A stretch of DNA of 64,000 nt, from contig CAVQOO010000068.1 of NCBI GenBank assembly GCA_963714395.1, positions 18,728-82,727 on the forward strand, in the 5' to 3' direction. Shown in pieces: positions 39,170-49,702 of the stretch. The translations under genes were made by a program, and so were the position numbers. The first letter of the stretch is position 1. Each line of letters starts with the position of its first letter. Below the pieces are notes generated by a model. The model searched no databases and had not been told where the DNA came from. It saw nothing but the letters and a program-made list of their open reading frames with translations. Source of the DNA: Bryobacteraceae bacterium (GTDB lineage: Bacteria; Acidobacteriota; Terriglobia; Bryobacterales; Bryobacteraceae).

Positions 39170-39409
39170 TCTGGCTATCGAACGGAGACTCAGATAAATC
39201 CTACCAAAGTCCTAACATAGGTCTAAGTGTAACTTTCCATTCGCCTTAGGCGTAGTTAAGAGAAAGTACTGTGAGTAATAGTAGGATTAATCCTAAGAGA
39301 CCTGCCAATAGTTGCATCTTAGGCTAAGGAAGATCCCTTAGTCTGAGGGAATTGCCCACCTGCACTGTTCACTGCGGGCAAGGCAGACAAAACGAAGGTA
39401 AAACCTCAG

Positions 39410-39854
39410 ATGTCCAAGCTGCTTGGCATTAGTCTTATTTGTGCTACGCTCCTTTTGATTGGGCTTTCCGCTACTGCGGGAACGCTCCCAATTGGTACGG
39501 ATGCAAACTCTCTCTCCCTTGGCCGCGATTGCCTCCTCCCGAATCCCTGGGATGATAAGCTCTCCCTCGGCCCGATGCCTCCTCCCGAATCCCTGGGATG
39601 ATAAGCTCTTCCTCGGCCCGATGCCTCCTCCCAATCCCTGGGATGATAAGCTCTTCCTCGGCCCGATGCCTCCTCCCAATCCCTGGGATGATAAGCTCTT
39701 CCTCGGCCCGATGCCTCCTCCGAATCCCTGGGATGATAAGCTAGCAGGCCTTCTCCGCCGAATTTTGCGAACCAAAGCCGACGAGTTTCCCCCCTGGGGG
39801 GCAGCCTGTCGGCTTTCATTTTGCTTCCGATTATTATTGTGTAAGCCAAGCTGA
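39410..39854 (+). CDS. possible small secreted repeat protein (15-aa PNPWDDKLFLGPMPP units) running through the tandem repeat
   Basis: RBS-like aggtaaaacctcag before the ATG. The signal-peptide-like N-terminus MSKLLGISLICATLLLIGLSATAG is in ORF 39410..39601. Coding continuity through the repeat requires the 46-bp units to be 1-nt indel errors (ORF 39459..39854 then reads ...PNPWDDKLFLGPMPPPNPWDDKLFLGPMPP...). Confidence 0.3.
39530..39750. repeat. perfect tandem direct repeat, 45/46-bp unit, about 4.7 copies, no spacers
   Basis: Units gcctcctcc(c)(g)aatccctgggatgataagctct(t/c)cctcggcccgat begin at 39530, 39576, 39622, 39667 and 39712. The periods are 46, 46, 45 and 45, and the copies are otherwise identical. 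Confidence 0.9.
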
Positions 39855-40226
39855 CCGCGAAAGTGCCTGAGTCCGCTGATTGTCTACGGAGTAGTTGGCA
39901 TTTCTGCGACGCTGTATGTTTATCTCCTTACTCTCCTGCTCAAAGGGTATGCCCGTTCCTATTTCGGATTGCTCCTGTATGTCGTAGTCTTGACGCTGAC
40001 GACTGGTGATGGACATGGCAGTTTACAAGTCCGAGGGCTGGAGCAATCTTTTCCTGATCAGTGAGACGGCCCGATGGGTGTGCCCTGTATCTGGTTGTGC
40101 ACTCATTCGTATGGAAGGCGCTTTCATCCAAGCCGGGCCTGGGGTGGATCCGGCACTGGCTTATCGCAGTCAGCGTCCTCATCGTGGTTCGCAGCGTTGT
40201 ACTTCACCCACAGCGAAAAGGCATCG

Positions 40227-40514
40227 ATGTGGGTGCTGAGGACGATCAACATTATCAGCATTGCTGGCATGGTGCTGAACCTGATTCTCTGGACATTGCT
40301 GGTTCGCTACCGCAATACGGACCTCACATTGTTCCTGGTGACGAGCGGATTGGGAATCCAGGCTGCGATGGAGGCTGCGGCATGGTCGATGCGAAGCCTC
40401 AGCATCCGTAGCCTTTTTGGCGCTGCATACTATGTACAGATTCTCGGCCACTTGCTTTGCTTGCTTATCTGGATCATGGCCTTTCGCCGCAAGGCCCCAA
40501 GCTCCAAGGCCTGA
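40227..40514 (+). CDS. small hypothetical membrane protein
   Basis: Hydrophobic segments (INIISIAGMVLNLILWTLLV; ILGHLLCLLIWIMAF) within ORF 40074..40514. No family recognised. Confidence 0.3.
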   Translation: MWVLRTINIISIAGMVLNLILWTLLVRYRNTDLTLFLVTSGLGIQAAMEAAAWSMRSLSIRSLFGAAYYVQILGHLLCLLIWIMAFRRKAPSSKA

Positions 40515-43500
40515 CTACGGCGTGACGGTGTAGCTACCCGTCTGCGGTGAAGGACTGGTGAGTCCGGCTGAATCTGTGGCGTTCATCCAGATCGATTTGG
40601 TTCCCGTGAAGCCGGGGATGAAGGCGATATCGAGCATGACGGTGAGCGTGTTGCCCGAGGCGATCGTCCAGGAACCTGATCCGTACACCCGGCATTGGCT
40701 GTTCTGCACTGTCTGGGCGGCCCCGAGTGTCAAGGACGTGCTCAGCGCAGCGGCGTCGTCGGCCAGCATCACCTTGCCCGCGGCTATGTCGACTTGCAGG
40801 TAGCAGGCCTGATTGGCTTGCTGTACCGAGTTGATCAGGACGCGGGGCCAAAGGATATCGTGAGCTCCGTTGGCATCGGTCCAAGTCAATGTGAACGTCT
40901 GTCGCGCCCCGCTGGCAGCAGCAGGGGAAACGCTAACGGAGATGGGCGCTGCCGGCAGATTGCTCATGACATCGTACGTGCCCAATTGGGGCGCGGCGGA
41001 GGTGAGTCCGCCGAGATCAGTCGCGTTCATGAATACGGCCTTCAGTCCGTTGAACTTGGCTTTGAAGCGAATGTCGATATAGGCGCTGAGTGTGGAGCCG
41101 GTGGCCTGAACACTGGAACTCTGCATTTGTAAAGCGCATTGCGAGTTAGCGACAACGTCGGAGGTTCCCAATCGGCCCGCCTGCGACGGGCTGCCGGCAT
41201 CGTCGGCCAGGGTCACAAGCCCCGCGGCGCGGTCGATCACGAAGTAGCATCCGCCCGGAGCCTGCTGTGAAGAGTTGATCAGCACCCTGGCTGAGCTGAT
41301 GTCGTTGGCGCCATTGGCGTCGGTCCAGACAAACTGAAAAACCTGCCCGCCACCGGAACCGGTGGAGGGCGAAACAGAGACCGGAACCGGCGGTAGCTGG
41401 GCGCTGGCAGCCACCGTGTATGTACCCATCAGCGGAGTCTGGCTCAGCATTCCCGCCGTGTCGAGCGCGTTGGCCCAGAGGGACTTGGCGCCATTGAAGA
41501 CAGGTTTGAAGGAGAGATCCAAGCGGGCTACCAAAGTGCTCCCCAGGATCTGTAAGCTGGTTCCGCTTCCCCGCAGCGTGCACTGGCTATTGGAGGCGCT
41601 GGCCTGTGCGCCCGCCTGGACCGGACTCCAGGAGGCGCCGTCGTCGGCGGCCAACGCGACGCTGCCGGTGGCAGGTCTTACCTGGAGGTAGCAGCCCCAC
41701 GCGGCCGACTGCGCCGAATGGATCAGGACCTCCGCCCTCTGAATGTCCGCGCCGCCATTGAGATCGATCCAGGAGAATACGAACACCTGCTCCGACCCCG
41801 ACCCCGCGGACGGAGTCAGGGACGATGCATGAGGCGCCTGATTGACAGGAACAACGACCGTGTAGCTTCCCATCCAGGGAGAATCGCTGGTCGCGCCGGA
41901 AAGGTCCGTGGCATTAGCCCAGACGCTCTTGGCGCCGTTAAATGGACTCTTGAACGAGAACTGGAAGCTGACGCTCAGTTTTGTCCCGCTCAGCAGCAAG
42001 GAGCTTCCCGCCGTATGCACGGTGCACTGACTGTTGGACAGGGCGACCCCTGAACCCGCGGCAGCCGCACTCCATCCAGAGCCCGTGTCGTTGGCCAGCG
42101 AGACGGCCAGGGTCTGCCGGTCGAACGCGACATAGCAGCCCGCCAGCGAGGTCTGCGAGGAATTGACGAGGACTCTGACGGTCCTGATGTCCTGGGGGCC
42201 ATTCGCATCGGTCCACTCGGCCGTCAGCGTCGTTCCCGTTCCACTGCCCGAACTCGGGCTGACCGAGAGTGGGACTGGCGACATGTTGATGATGACGGCG
42301 ACTGAAAACGATCCGGTCTGCTGCCAGCCGCTGGTTGCCGCCGAAGCGTCTTCACCGGCCGTCCAGATTGTCCGGGCGCCGTTGAAACCCGGGAAGAAGG
42401 CGATTTCAATACTCCAGTGGACCAGTTGGCCTTCGACCGCGACAGTCACCCCGGCCGGGCGCATCTCACAGCGGCTGTTGGCGACAGTCTGCGATGAGCC
42501 GACCGCAGCCAAGAGCCAATCGCTACCGGCATCGTTGCGGAGGCGAAGTGTGGAGGTCCTCCTGTCCAGTTCCAGCAGGCATGCTCCCGAATCCTGGGCC
42601 ACGTTGTGGAAGCGCATCCTCAGGAGAACCAGGTCGGAGGCGCCATTGCTGTCGGCGTATGTGATCGTGAATCGCTGCAGCGCACCCCCTCCCGCCGAGG
42701 GCGTCAACTGAACGAACACCGGAGCTGTGTTGTTGTTCGCCATGGGCGGAAATAGTCCGAAATCGAGATACCCCGTTTGCGCACCAGATGCGTCCGTAGC
42801 GGATGCGTAGATCGACTTGACCAGCGGGTTGGACGAGGCGAAGATGATGTCGAAGCCTATTTGAAGCCCGTTGGCCGTAAAGGAAATCACGGTTGCAGCC
42901 GGGCGAAGCTGACAGTGGGAATTAGCCAGCGGCGCGGCCGTGCCTGGAGCGGCCGAGTACCACCCGGTTCCAGAATCGTTAACCAGCCTAAGCAGCCCCG
43001 CTGCCCTGTCGTACTCCACGGCGCAAGCGCCAGCCTCGACGGGTGAAGTTCCAACCAGCAGGCGGACCTTTGCCAAATCTCCGGCGCCGTCGGCATCGGT
43101 GGCGAGCACGGTAAAGACCGCACCGACACCTGACGCGGTAGAGAAAGTCGCGGAGGCGACATCGGGAGGCGTATTGGCCTTGTCGGGTACGATCCACGTC
43201 CCGCCGCTGACATACCCGCTTTCGGCTTCGTCCACGGCTCGTGCAGCCGCAGCGATGGAGCGGGAGCCGGCAAAGGCTTTTGTGAAAGACAGACTGAGCC
43301 GGATGGAGACGCTCGTGCCTCCAACGGAAACTGTTGAGGTTGCACCTGAGAGGGTGCAGGCAGCCCCGGAGCTCGACGATGCCGTGCCTGGCGTAATGGG
43401 GATTTCTGTCGCGCCGCCCTCAGGCAAGACCATCAACTGGCCGGAGGAACGGATCCAGCGGACACGGCAAGTCAGGGACGCTCCGAGCAGATCGCCTAAA

Positions 43501-45707
43501 GCAAGTTCGACCCAGTTGAATTGGGTGGCGCCATTGGGGTGGGATGCCTGCACTTCGAAGACTCCCTGCTCGCCAGTGCCAGATGCCGGCGTTATCGAAT
43601 CGATCTGAGGCGCCGGACCAAGCGTGAAGCGAGTGACGAAGAACCGGAGTGCGCTGCCTGAAGGGGCGGGGGCCGGCCCACGCAGGGGGAGGTCGGGCGA
43701 GCCGCTCTGTCCGGCCACGACAACGGAGTTGCCCGGCGCCGGGGCGACTGCAAACACCGTGTCCGCACCTGCGCCGCCAATGTAGGTCGAGAATGGAACA
43801 GCCGTGCCGTCGGGTGTGAAGATCGTCAGAAACCCATCGGTTGAGCCCCGATAGCTCGTCACGACAGGATCCTGCAAAGGCAGGTTGACGGAAGTAGTCG
43901 CACCGCCCACGGCGATTCGCCCGTCGGGGAGCAAAGCCATGGTTTGGATCATGTCCTGGCCTCCGCCGCCAAGATAAGTCCCCCAGGCGAAACCGTTCAG
44001 CCCTGGATGGAGTTTGACGAGGAAGCCATCCCGGACACCTCCCATGGTTCCCAGCCACGCGCCCGGAGCCGGGAAATCAGCCGAGGGCGTATAGCCTGCC
44101 GCGTAGACATTGAGAGATCCGTCTACGGCCAGGGCCTCGACGCGCTCCGGCATGCTGGCCGTGCCAGCGCTCCCGCCCAGGTATGTGCCGGCAAGGATGA
44201 GGCTCCCCGATGAGGACAGCTTGAGGACGAAGCCGTCGAGCGCTCCCCGAAGGGAAGGCTGCGCCGCCCCAGGTGGCACGGGAAGGTCCGCTGAACCCGT
44301 TGACCCGCCCGCCAGAATGTCGCCGCCGGGCGCGATGGCGAGGGTCCGGACCAAGTCGTCGCCACCGCCTCCCAGGTAGGTGCTGTACTCCATGGCCCCG
44401 CCAAGGCCGTACCGGGCGACAAAACCATCCGTGGCCCCTCGGAGCGCCGTCTGCGGCGCGCCGGATACGGGGAAGTTCGTTGAAGAGGTCTGCCCTCCCA
44501 CCCAAACTCCCGTGGCCGATGCCGCCACCGAATAGGCTGAATCGTTCTGTGTGCCCCCCAGGTAGGAGCTGAAGAGCAGTTGCGATCCGTCAGCGGCGAA
44601 TTTCAGCAGGAAGGCGTCCGTGCCTCCCCTGGGTGAGGAAGCCGCACCGGCAACGGGGAAGTTCGCCGAGTTCGTACTGCCTGCGACAACGAGGCCTCCG
44701 TCGCTCGAGAGGGCGATCGCCTGCGCGCGATCATCGCCATTGCCGCCGATATAGTTGGCCCACAGAAGTTTGCCGGTTGCCGGATCCAGTTTGATCACGA
44801 CTGCATCAACCCCGCCTCCACGGGGAAGAATTGCCGCTGCCTGGGGGAAATCGGAAGCGTCGGTGTAACCGGCGACGTACACTGAGCCAAATGAATCAAC
44901 GGTCATCGCCGTGGCTGCGGAGATCCCGTTGCCGCCGAAGACGCCGCTGTAGTTGATCGCCGGATCGATGATCAGGCGCTCGTCGTTGAGCAGGGGTGCA
45001 ATGAAGCCGACGGAGTGACCCTCCTGCCCCTGGTGGATTCGAAACGAGACGTCGACGGGCTCGCCTGTCTCCGTCCAGGCGCGCGGCGGATCCTCGCGCC
45101 ACAGGCCATCGGGCATCTCAATCAGCAAGCCCCCGCCGGGTTCCACGCGAACCGCCCGGGCACCGTCGAAGGCAACCCGGATGACATCGGAAGAGACTCC
45201 AGGCTCGACAATGTAGTCGGACTTGATGCGGCCTTCACCGCCCATGAGCCGCAGGGAGATGCCCGGCCAGAGACTCTCAATGAGCAGGCACTCGCCGGAT
45301 TCAGATGTTTGATGCGGCCGTTCTCCCTCGCCCGTGAACCAGCGGATCGGCGCGCGCTGGCCGGTGCAAAGCTTCGCATGCGGGTGGGCCGCGCTGCCTG
45401 GATATCTGATGCGAAGGGTCCTGCCACTGTCCTGGAGACTCAGCGCCGGGCCGTCCGGACCGTTTTCCCAGGAAAGCCGAACTCCTCCGTCGGCTCGCCA
45501 GATCCCGGGCGCCGCCTCGAAGAACCACAATGGACCAGTCACTCCCGCGACCCGAGGTGAGGCCCATGCTTGCGACATCGCCAGCAGCGCCGTCAACGCG
45601 GCACGCCACGGCAGACCGGTGTTCTCCACGTTGGGCTTATCGACCGCCCCGGACGGAATTTGAATAGTGCCGGCACCCCTTAGCCCGTGCCGCGGGTGCC
45701 GTAGCAT
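40515..45707 (-). CDS. giant secreted protein with SBBP-type beta-propeller repeats and at least eight tandem ~140-aa Ig-like domains
   Basis: 1730-aa intact ORF. N-terminal signal. Repeated ...AIALSSDGGLVVAGSTNSANFP... (SBBP-like) units. Then repeated domains of the form SPS.GSG....F.F.W.D.NG..D....RVL.NS.Q....GCY...D......L..D.G..W... Confidence 0.8.
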   Translation of the reverse strand: MLRHPRHGLRGAGTIQIPSGAVDKPNVENTGLPWRAALTALLAMSQAWASPRVAGVTGPLWFFEAAPGIWRADGGVRLSWENGPDGPALSLQDSGRTLRIRYPGSAAHPHAKLCTGQRAPIRWFTGEGERPHQTSESGECLLIESLWPGISLRLMGGEGRIKSDYIVEPGVSSDVIRVAFDGARAVRVEPGGGLLIEMPDGLWREDPPRAWTETGEPVDVSFRIHQGQEGHSVGFIAPLLNDERLIIDPAINYSGVFGGNGISAATAMTVDSFGSVYVAGYTDASDFPQAAAILPRGGGVDAVVIKLDPATGKLLWANYIGGNGDDRAQAIALSSDGGLVVAGSTNSANFPVAGAASSPRGGTDAFLLKFAADGSQLLFSSYLGGTQNDSAYSVAASATGVWVGGQTSSTNFPVSGAPQTALRGATDGFVARYGLGGAMEYSTYLGGGGDDLVRTLAIAPGGDILAGGSTGSADLPVPPGAAQPSLRGALDGFVLKLSSSGSLILAGTYLGGSAGTASMPERVEALAVDGSLNVYAAGYTPSADFPAPGAWLGTMGGVRDGFLVKLHPGLNGFAWGTYLGGGGQDMIQTMALLPDGRIAVGGATTSVNLPLQDPVVTSYRGSTDGFLTIFTPDGTAVPFSTYIGGAGADTVFAVAPAPGNSVVVAGQSGSPDLPLRGPAPAPSGSALRFFVTRFTLGPAPQIDSITPASGTGEQGVFEVQASHPNGATQFNWVELALGDLLGASLTCRVRWIRSSGQLMVLPEGGATEIPITPGTASSSSGAACTLSGATSTVSVGGTSVSIRLSLSFTKAFAGSRSIAAAARAVDEAESGYVSGGTWIVPDKANTPPDVASATFSTASGVGAVFTVLATDADGAGDLAKVRLLVGTSPVEAGACAVEYDRAAGLLRLVNDSGTGWYSAAPGTAAPLANSHCQLRPAATVISFTANGLQIGFDIIFASSNPLVKSIYASATDASGAQTGYLDFGLFPPMANNNTAPVFVQLTPSAGGGALQRFTITYADSNGASDLVLLRMRFHNVAQDSGACLLELDRRTSTLRLRNDAGSDWLLAAVGSSQTVANSRCEMRPAGVTVAVEGQLVHWSIEIAFFPGFNGARTIWTAGEDASAATSGWQQTGSFSVAVIINMSPVPLSVSPSSGSGTGTTLTAEWTDANGPQDIRTVRVLVNSSQTSLAGCYVAFDRQTLAVSLANDTGSGWSAAAAGSGVALSNSQCTVHTAGSSLLLSGTKLSVSFQFSFKSPFNGAKSVWANATDLSGATSDSPWMGSYTVVVPVNQAPHASSLTPSAGSGSEQVFVFSWIDLNGGADIQRAEVLIHSAQSAAWGCYLQVRPATGSVALAADDGASWSPVQAGAQASASNSQCTLRGSGTSLQILGSTLVARLDLSFKPVFNGAKSLWANALDTAGMLSQTPLMGTYTVAASAQLPPVPVSVSPSTGSGGGQVFQFVWTDANGANDISSARVLINSSQQAPGGCYFVIDRAAGLVTLADDAGSPSQAGRLGTSDVVANSQCALQMQSSSVQATGSTLSAYIDIRFKAKFNGLKAVFMNATDLGGLTSAAPQLGTYDVMSNLPAAPISVSVSPAAASGARQTFTLTWTDANGAHDILWPRVLINSVQQANQACYLQVDIAAGKVMLADDAAALSTSLTLGAAQTVQNSQCRVYGSGSWTIASGNTLTVMLDIAFIPGFTGTKSIWMNATDSAGLTSPSPQTGSYTVTP

Positions 45708-45734
45708 CGCATTGCATTACAATCGGGGTTCCGG

Positions 45735-47777
45735 ATGCTTCTCTACGCTGTTACGGTCTTTCTCAGCGCCTTCCTGCTCTTTCAGGTCCAACCGCTGATC
45801 GCCAAGATGATACTGCCCTGGTTCGGCGGCACCGCGGCCGTTTGGGCGACCTGCCTGCTCTTCTTTCAGTCCGCACTGCTTGGCGGATACTTCTATTCGC
45901 ATTTCATCGTGAAGCGCCTCTCGCCACGCCGGCAATGGTACATCCACACGGCGTTGCTGCTGGTTGCGTTGGTGTTCATCCCGATCACCCCGAACCAGTG
46001 GTGGAAGCCGGCTTCTCCCGACGCGCCGATACTCCGGATTCTAGGTCTGTTGGCGGCCACGGTGGGGCTGCCCTACTTCATGCTGTCGACGACGGGACCT
46101 CTGATCCAAGCCTGGTTTGCACGGAGTTTTCCCGGCCGGTCACCCTACCGGCTCTACGCGCTGTCGAACGTGGGTTCGATGCTGGCCTTGCTCACCTATC
46201 CCGGCCTGATCGAACCGGCTCTACCACTGGGGGGGCAGACATGGCTGTGGAGCGGCGGCTTCATCGCTTTCGCTGCGCTGAGCAGCCTGACTGGGTGGCT
46301 GGCGCTGCGGTTGAGGCCGCGCATTCAAGTGCAATCGGCGGTGCAGGAGCCGGCGGAGGTCCCAGCTCGCGGGCAGAAGCTTCTCTGGATCGCCCTGTCT
46401 GCATGCCCGTCCATGTTGTTGCTGTCGCTCACCACTCATCTCACGATGGATGTCGCGCCCATCCCGTTCCTGTGGGTGCTGCCCCTGGCGCTCTACCTGC
46501 TGACCTTCATCCTTTGCTTCGACGCCGAAGGCTGGTACCGGCGCGGCATCTTCTGGATATTGGCACCCTTCGCGCTCGGCGGCCTGGCTTATCTGCTCTC
46601 GCTGGGACCAGCCGACCGGCCTGATGTCCGCATTGTCATCGCACTGTTCGCCGTGGCGTTCTTCCTTGTGACGATGGTCTTTCATGGCGAACTCGCGCGC
46701 CGGAAACCCGCGCCGGCGCACCTGACCGGGTATTTCCTGATGATCTCCATCGGCGGCGCCATCGGCGGCGTGTTCGTCGCGCTGCTTGCCCCGCTGGTTT
46801 TTCCGGCCATGATCGAGTTCCACATCACGCTGGGGCTCATGACACTTCTGCTCGGCCTGCTGGCCTACTTGGAGCCTGGCTGGGGCATGCGGGGCGATCC
46901 TCTTGGATGGAAGGCCATCGCACTCTTCTCGCTGTGCGCCGCCTCGCTGGGCTATCTGGCGAGCGAAGTGCGCGACTCCACCAAAGACAGCCTGCTGGTG
47001 ACCCGCAATTTCTACGGTGAGCTGCGCGTGAAGCAGTACCACGGGATGTACGACATGGATGGGTACCGGACGCTTGTGCACGGCGCCATCAATCATGGCG
47101 AACAGTACACCCACCCGGCGCGCCGCCGCGAGAAGGCAACCTACTATTGCGAAGAAACGGGCTTCGGGCGCCTCATGCAGGGGCGGAACATCGCCGACAT
47201 GCAGAGGGTAGCCATCATCGGGCTCGGCACGGGCAACCTTGCAGCCTACTCCCGGCTGGGCGACCTCTACCGCTTTTACGAGATCAACCCGGTGGTGGAG
47301 AAGATCGCCAACACCTACTTCTGGTATCTGAAGAACGCCGAAGGCGCTACCGAGGTCATGCTGGGCGACGCGCGGCTCACGCTGGAACGGCAGGAACCGC
47401 AGAACTACGACAGCATCACGGTAGACGCGTTCTCGTCGGATTCGATACCCGTCCACCTGCTCACCAGGGAAGCCATCGACCTCTACTTCCGGCACATGAA
47501 GAAGGGCGGAGTGCTCGTTATCCACATCTCGAACCGTTTCATCAACCTGAGCCCGGTGATCGAGCGCGCAGCGACTTCCACCGGGCGCGTGGCCGTGCAG
47601 GTGGAGACCGAGGACACCGACGACGGACGGTGTTACGGCACCACCTGGGTGCTCATCGCCGACTCGATGGCGCCATTTGAAACCCCTGCCTTCAGGGGGT
47701 ATAAGAAGATGGAGCCGAACCCGTGGCTCAGCGCGTGGACTGACGACTACTCGAACATCTATAAGGTGTTGAAGTAA
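45735..47777 (+). CDS. fused polytopic membrane domain / spermidine-synthase-like protein
   Basis: 680-aa intact ORF. About 400 aa of TM helices are followed by a spermidine synthase-like domain (VAIIGLGTGNLAAY...VMLGDARLTLE...YDSITVDAFSSDSIPVHLLTREAIDLYFRHMKKGGVLVIH). Confidence 0.75.
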   Translation: MLLYAVTVFLSAFLLFQVQPLIAKMILPWFGGTAAVWATCLLFFQSALLGGYFYSHFIVKRLSPRRQWYIHTALLLVALVFIPITPNQWWKPASPDAPILRILGLLAATVGLPYFMLSTTGPLIQAWFARSFPGRSPYRLYALSNVGSMLALLTYPGLIEPALPLGGQTWLWSGGFIAFAALSSLTGWLALRLRPRIQVQSAVQEPAEVPARGQKLLWIALSACPSMLLLSLTTHLTMDVAPIPFLWVLPLALYLLTFILCFDAEGWYRRGIFWILAPFALGGLAYLLSLGPADRPDVRIVIALFAVAFFLVTMVFHGELARRKPAPAHLTGYFLMISIGGAIGGVFVALLAPLVFPAMIEFHITLGLMTLLLGLLAYLEPGWGMRGDPLGWKAIALFSLCAASLGYLASEVRDSTKDSLLVTRNFYGELRVKQYHGMYDMDGYRTLVHGAINHGEQYTHPARRREKATYYCEETGFGRLMQGRNIADMQRVAIIGLGTGNLAAYSRLGDLYRFYEINPVVEKIANTYFWYLKNAEGATEVMLGDARLTLERQEPQNYDSITVDAFSSDSIPVHLLTREAIDLYFRHMKKGGVLVIHISNRFINLSPVIERAATSTGRVAVQVETEDTDDGRCYGTTWVLIADSMAPFETPAFRGYKKMEPNPWLSAWTDDYSNIYKVLK

Positions 47778-47791
47778 GCGGCTGAGCCGCT

Positions 47792-49636
47792 TTATAGACG
47801 GCAAATGAGCAGTTCGCGCTCGTAGACCATCTCGGGTGGCAGGTGGTCGTGAAGGTCGATGAACAGCTCTTCGTGCCCGATGACCTCTGTGCGCCAGGCT
47901 GCCCGGTCGAAGCGCTGCAGTTCTTCGAAGGTCTCCCTGGGGAAATCGAGGCCGGTCCATTGGATGCACTCGTAGCTGGGCACCCAGCCAATAGGCGATT
48001 CGTTGGCCAGGGCGCGGCCGCGGGCACGGTCGACGATCCACTTCAGAATCCGCATGTTCTCACCGAAGCCGGGCCACAGGAAGTGGCCGGCCTCGTCCTT
48101 GCGAAACCAATTTACATGGAAGACGCGCGGAGTTTCGCGAAGCGGACGCTGCATCTTGAGCCAGTGCCGGAAGTAGTCGCCGATGTGGTAGCCGCAGAAG
48201 GGAAGCATGGCCATCGGGTCGCGGCGGACCTTGCCCACCTGCCCGCCGGCCGCGGCTGTGGTTTCAGAGCCCATCGTGGCGCCTGTGTACACGCCGGAGG
48301 TCCAATTGAATGCCTGGTAGACCAGCGGCATCGTGGTGGCGCGGCGGCCTCCGAAGATGATGGCGCTGATGGGGACGCCTTCGGGGTTCTCCCAATCGGG
48401 GTCGATGCAGGGGCACTGAGAAGCTGGGGCTGTGAAGCGAGCGTTGGGATGCGCGGCCTTTGCGCCGGTCTCGTGCGCTATTTCCGGTGTCCAACGGCGG
48501 CCCTGCCAGTCGAGACACTCGGCCGGCGGCTGCTTGGTCATGCCTTCCCACCAGACGCCGCCGTCAGGGGTCAGCGCCGTGTTGGTGAAAATCGTATTGC
48601 GCACCAGAGTCGCCATAGCGTTCGGGTTTGTGTGGGCCGAGGTGCCTGGCGCAACGCCGAAAAAGCCGGCTTCGGGGTTGATGGCGCGCAGTTGACCGTT
48701 CGGGCCGGGCTTGATCCAGGCGATGTCGTCGCCAACCGTCCAGACTTTCCAGCCATCGAACCCCTTGGGCGGGATGAGCATGGCCAGGTTGGTCTTGCCG
48801 CAGGCGCTCGGGAAGGCCGCGGCGACATAGGTCTTTTCGCCCTGAGGATCTTCCACGCCGACGATGAGCATATGCTCGGCCATCCAACCCTCGTCGCGCG
48901 CGATGTTGGAGGCGATGCGCAAGGCGAAGCACTTCTTGCCGAGCAGGGCGTTGCCGCCGTAGCCGGAGCCGTAGGACCAGATCTCGCGCGTTTCGGGGAA
49001 GTGAACGATGTACTTCTCGCGATTGCAGGGCCAGGGCACGTCTTCCTTCCCGGGCTCCAGAGGCATTCCTACGGTGTGCATGCAGGGCACAACGCGCTTT
49101 TCGTCCTTGTCGATCTCCTTGAGGACGGGCGCTCCGATGCGGGCCATGATCCGCATGTTCACCACGACGTAGGGTGAATCTGTGAGCTGCACGCCGATCT
49201 GAGACATAGGTCCGCCGACGGGGCCCATGCTGAATGGAAGCACGTACATCGTTCGGCCGCGCATCGAGCCGTCGAACAGCGACTTGAGCTTGCGGCGCAT
49301 CTGGAAGGGGTCCTCCCAGTTGTTGGTGGGTCCGGCGGCGTCCTTGGACAAAGAGCAGATATAGGTACGATCCTCGACGCGCGCGACGTCGTTCGCGTCC
49401 GATCGCGCATAGTAGCAGCCCGGCCACTTCTCTTCGTTCAACTTGATGAACGTGCCGGAGTCGACCAGCCGGGCGCAAAGCGCATCACGTTCTTCGTCGG
49501 AACCGTCGACCCAATGGATGGCGGCAGGCTTGGTAAGCTGAGCCATTTTTTCGACCCACCGTATGAGGTGCTTGTTCTCACAAATAGGGAGAGAGACGTC
49601 GCGTCCCGATAGGATGTTTGGATTGTATGAAGTCAT
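47792..49636 (-). CDS. pckG: phosphoenolpyruvate carboxykinase (GTP)
   Basis: 614-aa intact ORF, strongly PEPCK-GTP-like throughout (for example ...[21 protein letters not shown]...[10 protein letters not shown]...[18 protein letters not shown]...). Confidence 0.9.
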   Translation of the reverse strand: MTSYNPNILSGRDVSLPICENKHLIRWVEKMAQLTKPAAIHWVDGSDEERDALCARLVDSGTFIKLNEEKWPGCYYARSDANDVARVEDRTYICSLSKDAAGPTNNWEDPFQMRRKLKSLFDGSMRGRTMYVLPFSMGPVGGPMSQIGVQLTDSPYVVVNMRIMARIGAPVLKEIDKDEKRVVPCMHTVGMPLEPGKEDVPWPCNREKYIVHFPETREIWSYGSGYGGNALLGKKCFALRIASNIARDEGWMAEHMLIVGVEDPQGEKTYVAAAFPSACGKTNLAMLIPPKGFDGWKVWTVGDDIAWIKPGPNGQLRAINPEAGFFGVAPGTSAHTNPNAMATLVRNTIFTNTALTPDGGVWWEGMTKQPPAECLDWQGRRWTPEIAHETGAKAAHPNARFTAPASQCPCIDPDWENPEGVPISAIIFGGRRATTMPLVYQAFNWTSGVYTGATMGSETTAAAGGQVGKVRRDPMAMLPFCGYHIGDYFRHWLKMQRPLRETPRVFHVNWFRKDEAGHFLWPGFGENMRILKWIVDRARGRALANESPIGWVPSYECIQWTGLDFPRETFEELQRFDRAAWRTEVIGHEELFIDLHDHLPPEMVYERELLICRL

Positions 49637-49702
49637 GGGGACGCCTCTGGCGAGGCATCCTAACAGGGTAACAGCGAAGGTCCCGAGTTCACTGCTCAGT
49701 AG

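Noticed and set aside
39530-39750. Possible CRISPR array next to the cas-like genes
   Set aside because: The units are contiguous and identical with no intervening unique spacers. It is a plain tandem repeat, not a repeat-spacer array.
45842-46624. 260-aa + ORF in an alternative frame of the membrane/spermidine-synthase gene
   Set aside because: Its Arg/Ala-rich composition is that of GC-rich frame noise. The main frame encodes coherent TM helices.
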